From assembly GCA_051872635.1 (NCBI GenBank), contig JBJEEA010000042.1, positions 24,822-88,821 on the forward strand: a stretch of 64,000 nt of DNA, given 5' to 3'. Source of the DNA: Bacilli bacterium (lineage in GTDB: Bacteria > Bacillota_I > Bacilli_A > RF39 > UBA660). This document shows positions 55,900 through 64,000 of this stretch, piece by piece. Position 1 is the stretch's first letter. Each line of letters opens with the position of its first letter. A program made the translations under genes and the position numbers. A model generated the notes under the pieces. That model was not told the origin of the DNA, searched no databases, and saw only the letters and a program-made list of their open reading frames with translations.

Positions 55900-56700
55900 T
55901 CACTACTAACTGCTTTCATATTTGATCTGTATAATAATTTGTCAGTATCATTAACTAGAAAATTAATATATCTTATAAACAGTTTTTTTATGCTACAATA
56001 TCTACTTGTAAAACATTATATTTGGCTAAAGCTTTTAATGATGGTAATTCGTCACCTAATGAAAATTTTAATGATGTTAAAGTATATATATATCACTATC
56101 ATAATTTTCTAAAGTTATTTTAGTTTTAATGTATTTTTCATTTTTTAAATATAATTCTCCATCACTAATTTTAACTTTTTCTGACTTAATACTGTTAATT
56201 TGATTTTATCTACTTCTATATTATCATTTTTATTTACTTTTAAACTTTTTTGCTCATCAAGTTAAAGGCTAATATAAAAATAATGCAATAAGTGTAACTA
56301 TTAATTCTTTTCTTCCTAATATAATATTATTTTTTTATCATTTAAGAATGTATATGTGCAATAGCACATACCAAACAAATGAATATTAATATAAGTCAAT
56401 TACCATATTAACACCACTAGTACTTTTAATACTTTAAAAGTACTATATAAAAATATAAGCTTACCAATGCAAGATGATATTAACGAAATTTTATCTTTTT
56501 TTCAAATACACTAATACTGCAGATATAATAATATCAATTAATAATATTTTTCCATCACCATTAATATAATTTGCTTATATTCCAAATTCGCTAGAAAATG
56601 GTAGAAAACATCTTACTATTGCAAGTGCACATACTCCTAGTCAAATGTATTTTTTATTTTCTATTAAAATTTCATATATCATTTCTTCCTTTCGAGCAAA
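55900..56700 (-). pseudogene. decayed coding sequence with multiple stops and frameshifts adjacent to the IS element
   Basis: Minus-strand translation gives protein-like runs (DEQKSLKVNKNDNIEVDKIKLTVLSQKKLK; ISDGELYLKNEKYIKTKITLENYDSD; MIYEILIENKKYI*LGVCALAIVRCFLPF...) interrupted by stops. No ORF of 60 aa or more appears in the track across about 1.2 kb. Confidence 0.35.
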
Positions 56701-56934
56701 TTTATTTTTAATCGAGATAAGAACATCTTCAAAATAACAATAGAATTACACATCCCATACTAAAAAACCTGCTTATTTTTATCTATCACCTACCTTTTAT
56801 ACAAGATAATAATTTTTGGATATTTTTATACCTCAAAAGTATTTGATTTATAATGTATTATCAATCAAGTAAAACATCTATCCTAAACTCTATCATTGCA
56901 ATTCAATTATATACTTTTTTTGCATTTTTGTCCA

Positions 56935-56949
56935 CATTTTCTTTCGCTG
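56935..56949. repeat. left flanking direct repeat (putative target-site duplication) ACATTTTCTTTCGCT
   Basis: The identical 13-15 nt sequence recurs immediately outside the right IR at 58404/58406-58418. Confidence 0.7.
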
Positions 56950-58405
56950 TTAATATAAATTTGAAGTGCAACACTTCACTATTGAAAAAGACACGTGAAT
57001 AATCTATAATATCTTTTCGCAGAAAAAAGAAAGGAAGATTCACATGTCTGATACAAATAATACTACAAAATTAAAGAAAAAGCAATACCATCATCTCACA
57101 AAAGAACAAAGAGTACAAATAGAAATTCTATTAAATCAAAAAGATAAAAATGGTAAAAGATTATTTAGTAATAGTTATATTGCAAATGCCATTGGTGTTA
57201 ACAAATCAACTATCTCTAGAGAACTAAGAAACAGAATTAAATCAAAAATAAATGTAATGAGTGGAAAAATAAAAAACAAGCCTTATAATGCTGTAGATGC
57301 ACAAGACGATTATAATTATAAAAGAGGTTTATCTAAAGCACAATATAAACTTGAAAAATATCCTCAAATGGCAAAATTTATTGAAGATAAAATTAAAATT
57401 GATAAATGGGCTCCTGATGCTATAGTTGGTTACATGAAAGTTCATAATATGTTTGAACGAGATGGTTTTTGTGAAATAACAACACCTACAATTTACAATG
57501 CAATTAGGTATGGAATAATAGATGTTAAGTTATCTGATACAAGAAGAATGAAATATGATCCTAAATATGAATATAAGCGAGAATATCAGGTTTCAGAATC
57601 AAAACTTGATTATAGTATTGAGAAAAGGCCTGAAGAAGTAGATAAACGTTTAGTTTTTGGCCATTTTGAACTTGATACAGTAGTTGGAAAAAGAGATGGT
57701 ATTCATGAATGCTTAATGACTTTAACAGAAAGAAAAACGAGATTTGAAATGGTATTTAAATTACAAGCTAAAACGGCTAAAGAAGTAGTTAATAAATTTA
57801 ACGAAATCAAGATATTCATGAAGAAAAATTTTAATAAAGTATTTAAATCAATAACAACAGATAATGGTTCAGAGTTTTCAGATTTCTTAGAAATAATTAA
57901 AGATACAAAAGCAAAAATTTATTTTTGCCATCCATATTGTTCTGGAGAAAAAGGAACTAATGAAAAAAGTAATAGTATGATTAGATATTTTATTCCAAAA
58001 GGAAAATTAATAGAAAATTATAGTTATGCAGATATTAATGACATTGTAAAATGGATGAATAATTATCCTAGAAAAATTCTGAATTACAAAACTCCTCTAG
58101 AAGCATTACTAGAAGAGTTTGATGATAAAAATGTAATAAATAAAATTTATAAATTGCAAGAAAAGGTAAATTGTTTATAGATATATTTATTCCAATTTGC
58201 CTCTTGACTAAATGATTTTATTTGAATTAATTGTAGTCGTTTAACTGATTGACTTTTCAAAAAAAAATGAAAAATCAATCATTAAACTCCTTCTTAGGTA
58301 ACAAATAAAATCATCATTAATCAAGAGTTTTCTCGGCATAAAAATATCTATAGAACAATATTATAGTTATTCTAAAAAGTTGCACTTGACTTTTTAATTA
58401 TTAAC
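56950..58405 (+). mobile_element. IS30-family insertion sequence, about 1456 bp
   Basis: Imperfect terminal inverted repeats GTTAATATAAATTTGAAGTGCAAC (56950-56973) and GTTGCACTTGACTTTTTAATTATTAAC (58379-58405), which share a GTTAATA terminus and an AAGTGCAAC core. They enclose a single IS30-type transposase gene and are flanked by direct repeats. Confidence 0.75.
57044..58180 (+). CDS. IS30-family DDE transposase
   Basis: N-terminal HTH (LTKEQRVQIEILL...ANAIGVNKSTISRELRNR) and a catalytic core with ELDTV..., TDNGSEF and GTNEKSN (the DDE residues). Confidence 0.9.
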   Translation: MSDTNNTTKLKKKQYHHLTKEQRVQIEILLNQKDKNGKRLFSNSYIANAIGVNKSTISRELRNRIKSKINVMSGKIKNKPYNAVDAQDDYNYKRGLSKAQYKLEKYPQMAKFIEDKIKIDKWAPDAIVGYMKVHNMFERDGFCEITTPTIYNAIRYGIIDVKLSDTRRMKYDPKYEYKREYQVSESKLDYSIEKRPEEVDKRLVFGHFELDTVVGKRDGIHECLMTLTERKTRFEMVFKLQAKTAKEVVNKFNEIKIFMKKNFNKVFKSITTDNGSEFSDFLEIIKDTKAKIYFCHPYCSGEKGTNEKSNSMIRYFIPKGKLIENYSYADINDIVKWMNNYPRKILNYKTPLEALLEEFDDKNVINKIYKLQEKVNCL

Positions 58406-58418
58406 ATTTTCTTTCGCT
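58404..58418. repeat. right flanking direct repeat (AC)ATTTTCTTTCGCT
   Basis: Matches 56935-56949. The first two bases are shared with the IR terminus. Confidence 0.7.
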
Positions 58419-58487
58419 TTGCTAGTAAAGACTTTATTTTTGTTAAAATATAAAATAATTTTAGTTGTTTAGTTTGGAGGTAAAATT

Positions 58488-58766
58488 ATGAATTTGTGTG
58501 AAATTTTATCAATAAATCTTAAATATTATCGTAAAAAATACAATTTATCTCAAGAAAAATTTGCTGAAATATTAGGCACGACATTATCTTACTTAAATCA
58601 AATAGAAAATAATAAAGTAGACGTTAAATGTTCAACAATTGATAAGTTTGCTCAAAATATCAATGAATATGATAAAAAAGCACATATAAAATCTGAAGAT
58701 TTAGTTAAATTTAACAAAGAACATATAACAAATTTTTCTAGAATTGATGAAAGAAAAAAGAACTAA
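58488..58766 (+). CDS. XRE-family helix-turn-helix transcriptional regulator
   Basis: LKYYRKKYNLSQEKFAEILGTTLSYLNQIENNK is an HTH_3 motif. GGAGG SD upstream. Confidence 0.8.
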   Translation: MNLCEILSINLKYYRKKYNLSQEKFAEILGTTLSYLNQIENNKVDVKCSTIDKFAQNINEYDKKAHIKSEDLVKFNKEHITNFSRIDERKKN

Positions 58767-58995
58767 TTTGCTTTTATTAGTAAATTAGTTATTTTTACAA
58801 TATATTTAATGAATAACAATAGTCATATTCTTATTTAATTGAAGCAATTGATAATTCTTCAATATCTTTTAGGTCTATTGGTTTTCACCAGAATATTTAG
58901 CAATTCTTTCACTCAAATCCAAATTAGGATTTTATTTAATTAGCTAAATTGTAACAGTTATTCTAGTCATTATTATCAATTCCTGTGACTATTTA

Positions 58996-59877
58996 TCACA
59001 CTAATTCATATTCTCTTGCTATTATTCTCTTATCACTACAATATTCGATTACATATTTATTATCTTTCTTACAAATAATTATTCCAATAGTTTTATCTTG
59101 AGTAATTTTCTTTAAATTATTATCTATATAATTCATATAAACTTCTATTTGACCAATATGCTCTTTCTTTAATTCTGTCACTTTAAGTTCTACAACTACA
59201 TAGCAATTAAACTCTATATTATAAAGAAGTAAGTCTATATAGTTATATGTATCTCCTAATTTAATCTTATATTCGCTACCAATAAAGCAAAATGAATTAC
59301 CTAATTCTTTCATAAAAGATTCTATATCTTCTAATATTAACTTTTCAAGTATCTTTTCAGATATTTCTTCACAGTTATATGTATTTTTAATAAGAATAGG
59401 ATTTTTAACAAAATCAATAACATTTACTTCTTCTTTATTAATTAATTTATCCCTAGTTATATTATCAAGTCTTTCATATTCCTTACTTTTAATCAAATCA
59501 ATTAGTTCTCTTTTACTTAATTTTCTTTCTATTACTTGACTTATGTAATAATCTATTTCATTGTCATCACTCAGTGCGAATAAAATCCTATAATGTGATA
59601 TTGTTAATTGTGCATCCAGTGGATGCACTTTTGAAAATAAATATAATTTTCTCATTTCAAATAAATATCTAACACTATATTTTTGATTTAGTTCTTCCTT
59701 TAGCCTTTTAGAATATTCTTTTATAATTCCTTCTCCATAATGCTTACCTGCTTCATTAAGCATTTTTCCGACATTGTAATAAGTATTTAAATCGCTTCTG
59801 TTTTTACTGTAATCTTTTACTCTTTTAGTAATTTCATTATTTATTAATTCTTGTTTTATATCTTCATAGTAATTCAT
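58996..59877 (-). CDS. DUF1016 / YhcG-like PD-(D/E)XK nuclease domain protein
   Basis: The N-terminus MNYYEDIKQELINNEITKRVKDYSKNRSDLNTYYNVGKML and the C-terminal IDLLLYN...YVVVELKVTELKKEHIGQ (a D...ELK nuclease core) are typical of the family. TGA stop. Confidence 0.75.
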   Translation of the reverse strand: MNYYEDIKQELINNEITKRVKDYSKNRSDLNTYYNVGKMLNEAGKHYGEGIIKEYSKRLKEELNQKYSVRYLFEMRKLYLFSKVHPLDAQLTISHYRILFALSDDNEIDYYISQVIERKLSKRELIDLIKSKEYERLDNITRDKLINKEEVNVIDFVKNPILIKNTYNCEEISEKILEKLILEDIESFMKELGNSFCFIGSEYKIKLGDTYNYIDLLLYNIEFNCYVVVELKVTELKKEHIGQIEVYMNYIDNNLKKITQDKTIGIIICKKDNKYVIEYCSDKRIIAREYELV

Positions 59878-59897
59878 TCAAAACCTCCATTTATATA

Positions 59898-60788
59898 CTA
59901 ACTTAGCGCATAAGTAGTTCGATATATTCTTTTATCACTACAATATTCGATTACATATTTATTATCTTTCTTACAAATAATTATTCCAATAGTTTTATCT
60001 TGAGTAATTTTCTTTAAATTATTATCTATATAATTCATATAAACTTCTATTTGACCAATATGCTCTTTCTTTAATTCTGTCACTTTAAGTTCTACAACTA
60101 CATAGCAATTAAACTCTATATTATAAAGAAGTAAGTCTATATAGTTATATGTATCTCCTAATTTAATCTTATATTCGCTATCAATAAAGCAAAATGAATT
60201 ACCTAATTCTTTTATAAATTAAGATATATCTTCCAATATTAACTTTTTAAGTACCTTTTCAGATATTTCTTCATAATTATATGCATTCTTAATAAGAATT
60301 GGATTTTTGACAAAATCAATAACATTTGATTCTTCTTGATTAATTAATTTTGTTTTGGCATTCTCATCGAGTCTTTCATATTCTCTATTTTTTATTTTTT
60401 CTCTTAATTGTCTAACTGACAAATTTTGTTTTTCAATAATCTTAATATAATAGTTAATCACATTGTCATCATTTAACTTTAACAATTCATCATAATGGCT
60501 CCAAGATAATTTTGCCGACACTGTCGGCACTTTTTGATTATTTACATAATTAAAATATTTAACCATTTTATATAATGTTCTTGCACTATATTTTATATTT
60601 AATTCAACTGTTAATCTTTTAGAATATTCTTTAATAATTCCTTCTCCATAATGCTTACCTGCTTCGCAAAGTATTTTTCCGACATTGTAATAAGTATTTA
60701 AATCGCTTCTGTTTTTACTATAATCTTTTACTCTTTTAGTAATTTCATTATTTAAAAGTTCGTTCTTTATTTCATTATAATAATTCAT
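59898..60788 (-). pseudogene. second tandem DUF1016/YhcG-like gene interrupted by one in-frame TAA
   Basis: The 891 nt span stays in one frame. Codon 60219-60221 is TAA (EDIS*FIKELGNSF) where the intact paralogue reads EDIESFMKELGNSF. The track splits it into 60219-60788 and 59898-60083. Confidence 0.7.
59925..60210. repeat. block of about 286 bp nearly identical to 59023-59308, covering the 3' parts of the tandem DUF1016 genes
   Basis: By-eye alignment shows only 2 mismatches over the block. The 5' two-thirds of the genes are visibly more divergent. Confidence 0.75.
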
Positions 60789-60801
60789 AAATTGCTCCTT
60801 T

Positions 60802-62832
60802 CTATTGTTGGCATGTTCTTATCTTGCACCCATTTTTATTTAGTTTTATTTCTATACTTCCATCAATATCAGTTCTATATATCTTTGAATTCGATAATAT
60901 ATCTAATACACTATCTTTGGGGTGACCATATCTATTATTTTTACCTACTGATATTAGGGAATATTTAGGATTAATACTATCTATAAAATACTTGCTTGAT
61001 GAGGTGTTTGATCCATGATGACCTATTTTAAGAAAATCTATATCTTTAAGATAATATTTTTCTAATATATCTTTCTCTTTTTCAGTTCCAGCATCGCCCA
61101 TAAATAAAAATTTATAATTATTGTAATTAAGATAAATAACATTAGAATTATCATTTTCATTATCATATTCTTTCGTATTTAGAAACTCTAATTTATACTT
61201 ATCGATATTTAATTCTTTAATACATGAATGATACTTAATATTTTTATTATCTAATACTTTTGTTAACTCTTTTTCCAAATCATTATAAGTTCCACAGTTA
61301 AATATAACTTTATCTACTTTAAAATTATTTACTAGAGTTATGGCTCCTCCAATATGATCTTCATCACCATGTGTAATAATTAAATAGCTAATTTTACTTA
61401 TACCAATACTTTTTAGATAAGGAATTATACCATTTTTTACTTTATAATCACTGTAACCAGTATCTATTAAGATATTACCTTTATTATTTGGAAAACTAAT
61501 TAAATGAGAATCCCCTTGGCCAATGTCAAAAGTTGTTATTTTGAGATTATTATCTAAAAAAGGAAGAAAATAATGAATTATAATACAGATAATTAAAAGA
61601 TAATAATTCTTTTTCCTTTTGAGCAAGATAATTATTAAAAGATAATAGAGAATTATGAAGAAAATATTTATTTTAGGAAATATTACTTTAAAAAAATTTA
61701 TTTGGGAAAAAAAGAGGGAAATACTTTCTATTTTACTTAATACAAAGAATAAAATATTATCGAGGAAAGGGAATATAAAAGTAAGAATTGTAAATGGTAA
61801 AATGATAGTACTTACTAACGGAACTAAGAAGATATTCATGATAATAGTTAAAAAGTTTATTTCATAATTATAATATGTAGTAATAGGGAATGAAACTATA
61901 AAAGATATTATAGCTGTAGATATAATATTTTTTATTTTACTATTATACTTACGTGAAAAGATAATTAGAAAGAAAGTAATAGTATAAGAATATATAAAAC
62001 CAATATCATAGATAATAAAGGGATTAACAATAATAGATATAATAAGGGTGATACACATTATATTGGTTTTACTTATATTTAGTTTAAAAATAGAATTAAT
62101 ACTTAAAATAATATTCATAATAACGCTTCTTAAAAGAGAAGATGAATAAGCAATACATAAATAAAAGATAAGAAAAATATTAGTAATTAAATGTTTAGCT
62201 TTTTTATGATATGATACTCTATCTAAATAGAGATATATTATTCTTATAAAGAGGCTTAAATGCATACCAGATATGGAAAATAAATGTGATAGTCCATTTA
62301 TCTGATAGCTTTCTCTTACTTCTTTATTTATAGTATTATTTCCTAGTAAAAGAGTCTGAATATAGGGCTTTGATTTTAAATTTTTTATTCTCTTATTAAT
62401 TAAATTTTTTATGGTATAAAAATAATTACTGTTATTTTCTAGTTTATCAATACTAGTGGCGGTTACTATATAATATATTTTTTTATTATATAAGTATTTC
62501 TTATAATTAAATGTATTTGGGATATTATTACTACTTATTTCTTCTAGAGTTCCTTTTACTAAAACTTTATCACCATAAGATAGGCTATTAATTGATATGC
62601 TGTCATCATATGCATAATTTATGATAAGTTTTTCTTTTCCTTTAATATAGAGTGTTAATTTTTTATCTTCAATTTTATAATTATATATTACTCCTGTAAA
62701 AGTATTATCTTTAAAAGTATATTTTGATGTGAATTGATAATGTTTTGTAAAAATAAGAGAAGATATTAAAAATAATATGCTAAATATTTTTAATAGATAT
62801 TTAGACTGTAATATATTCCTTAATTTTTTCAA
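60802..62832 (-). CDS. comEC: DNA internalization competence protein ComEC/Rec2
   Basis: Polytopic competence domain plus a C-terminal metallo-beta-lactamase domain (ITHGDEDHIGG, GDAG, GHHGS). Confidence 0.88.
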   Translation of the reverse strand: MKKLRNILQSKYLLKIFSILFLISSLIFTKHYQFTSKYTFKDNTFTGVIYNYKIEDKKLTLYIKGKEKLIINYAYDDSISINSLSYGDKVLVKGTLEEISSNNIPNTFNYKKYLYNKKIYYIVTATSIDKLENNSNYFYTIKNLINKRIKNLKSKPYIQTLLLGNNTINKEVRESYQINGLSHLFSISGMHLSLFIRIIYLYLDRVSYHKKAKHLITNIFLIFYLCIAYSSSLLRSVIMNIILSINSIFKLNISKTNIMCITLIISIIVNPFIIYDIGFIYSYTITFFLIIFSRKYNSKIKNIISTAIISFIVSFPITTYYNYEINFLTIIMNIFLVPLVSTIILPFTILTFIFPFLDNILFFVLSKIESISLFFSQINFFKVIFPKINIFFIILYYLLIIILLKRKKNYYLLIICIIIHYFLPFLDNNLKITTFDIGQGDSHLISFPNNKGNILIDTGYSDYKVKNGIIPYLKSIGISKISYLIITHGDEDHIGGAITLVNNFKVDKVIFNCGTYNDLEKELTKVLDNKNIKYHSCIKELNIDKYKLEFLNTKEYDNENDNSNVIYLNYNNYKFLFMGDAGTEKEKDILEKYYLKDIDFLKIGHHGSNTSSSKYFIDSINPKYSLISVGKNNRYGHPKDSVLDILSNSKIYRTDIDGSIEIKLNKNGCKIRTCQQ

Positions 62833-63472
62833 ATAGGGAGTCTCCTATTCCTGGTACATTTTTGATATCTTCAATACTTTTAAAACTACCATTTTTATTT
62901 CGATAGTCAATAATAGATTTAGCTTTAGCTTCTCCAATGCCATTTAGTTTCATTAAATCTTCAATAGTGGCAGTATTAATATTTACTAGAGATATTTCAT
63001 TACTAGCATTATCTGTAATTTCTTCTTTATCAAAGCAAGCATTATTGTCAATTAACGAGCAGTCACAAAGGCATTCTTTGTTCTCTTTTTGACTTTCTAC
63101 TTCTTCGTTAGAATAAATAATAATTATCATTTCGTCATAAACTTTTTTAGCAAGATTTATTAAACTAGTATTGGCATTTTCTAAAAGGCCTCCTGCTAAG
63201 GATATGACATCACTAACTGTTAGAGTGCTATCTACTTCATAAACACCTGGATTATTGACCATGCCTTTAATATCAACACGTACTTTTTCTTTACTTAAAC
63301 TTTCTTGCTCTTCGATATCTTTTTCAACACTTTCTTCTTTAAAAATCTCAACAACTTCTTCATTACTACTTTGATTATTTTTATATAATACAAAAATAAA
63401 TAAAAATAATATAATTGCTATACCTGATAAAATTAAAATTGTCCTTTTCAAACTACTCCTTTCCTTCTCCAT
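62801..63472 (-). CDS. comEA: competence protein ComEA (helix-hairpin-helix DNA receptor)
   Basis: N-terminal TM helix, a SLBB-like region (VDIKGMVNNPGVYEV) and C-terminal NINTATIEDLMKLNGIGEAKAKSIIDYR...IPGIG. Confidence 0.88.
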   Translation of the reverse strand: MEKERSSLKRTILILSGIAIILFLFIFVLYKNNQSSNEEVVEIFKEESVEKDIEEQESLSKEKVRVDIKGMVNNPGVYEVDSTLTVSDVISLAGGLLENANTSLINLAKKVYDEMIIIIYSNEEVESQKENKECLCDCSLIDNNACFDKEEITDNASNEISLVNINTATIEDLMKLNGIGEAKAKSIIDYRNKNGSFKSIEDIKNVPGIGDSLFEKIKEYITV

Positions 63473-63566
63473 CTTATAGTTGTTTATTATAAGTAATTGT
63501 TTTTAGATAGTCAATAGGTAAATTGCTATTTTTAATTTTATATTGTATAATTATTTTGGTGATTGA

Positions 63567-64000
63567 ATGCTAAGTATTAAAAATAGTGATAAATATGAAG
63601 AGACTATTAAATATTCAAAATTTATATCTTTAATATTTAGGGTAAATAATATTAAAGAAGTTAATCTTTATTTAGACAAAATAAAAAAAGAATACCCTCT
63701 AGCTAGCCATTATTGCTACGGATATGTTATTGATAGTAATATGCGTTTTTCGGATGATGGAGAACCCGCTAAAACAGCAGGAAATCCTATTATTATGCAG
63801 ATACAAAGTCATAATTTAAACTATACTTTAATAGTGGTAGTTAGATATTTTGGAGGAGTTAAACTAGGAACTGGCCCGCTTACTAGGACATATAGTAAAA
63901 TGGCGAGAGAAGTTATTAGGAAAGATAATATAATAGAGCTTATTAAAGGATATAGTGTTACTATTATCTTTGAATATTCTGATATTAAAGATATTGATTA
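63567..64000 (+). CDS. YigZ/IMPACT-family (UPF0029) protein, N-terminal part; continues past the window end
   Basis: Own translation from ATG 63567: MLSIKNSDKYEETIKYSKFISLIF...SHYCYGYVI....FSDDGEPAKTAGNPI...VVVRYFGGVKLGTGPL. Confidence 0.75.
   Translation, partial: MLSIKNSDKYEETIKYSKFISLIFRVNNIKEVNLYLDKIKKEYPLASHYCYGYVIDSNMRFSDDGEPAKTAGNPIIMQIQSHNLNYTLIVVVRYFGGVKLGTGPLTRTYSKMAREVIRKDNIIELIKGYSVTIIFEYSDIKDID

Noticed and set aside
59898-60083. 61 aa ORF treated as an independent small gene.
   Set aside because: It is the in-frame C-terminal remainder of the interrupted DUF1016 paralogue, and its first Met corresponds to an internal Val of the intact copy.

Overview
AT-rich, low-GC Firmicute-like chromosome segment using the standard genetic code: Trp is TGG, and one gene here ends in TGA. 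Nearly all genes lie on the minus strand. A sortase, an M23 peptidase and ComEA/ComEC point to a walled organism, possibly an Erysipelotrichia-like or Mollicutes-related Bacilli lineage; that placement is inference only. Contents in order: partial ligA; the complete S10-spc-alpha ribosomal protein cluster (rpsJ through rplQ, including secY, adk, map, infA, rpmJ and rpoA, about 3.0-17.2 kb); obg; two P-type cation ATPases; an M23 peptidase; a radical-SAM gene; rseP and cdsA; parE; a sortase with a TQXA/SpaA-repeat surface protein; an NfeD/SPFH pair; DUF362; a pncC-like gene; tRNA-Arg(CCT); a ferredoxin; an OmpR/HisKA two-component pair; sodA; topA; an IS30-family element flanked by decayed sequence; an XRE regulator; tandem DUF1016 nuclease genes, one with a premature stop; comEC and comEA; and a partial yigZ-like gene. 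The standout is a roughly 9 kb minus-strand block at 41.9-51.1 kb. It holds a non-canonical F1-like ATPase operon with alpha-, beta-, gamma- and epsilon-like subunits, a c-like proteolipid lacking the ion-binding carboxylate, a b-like stalk and three unknown membrane or coiled-coil proteins. No recognisable a or delta subunit is present, and gamma does not sit between alpha and beta. The operon runs without a visible terminator into the first two of three paralogous secreted proteins whose N-termini match the SipW-cognate (TasA/CalY-type) signal-peptide motif. I consider this the candidate undescribed system. No CRISPR array and no rRNA were seen.
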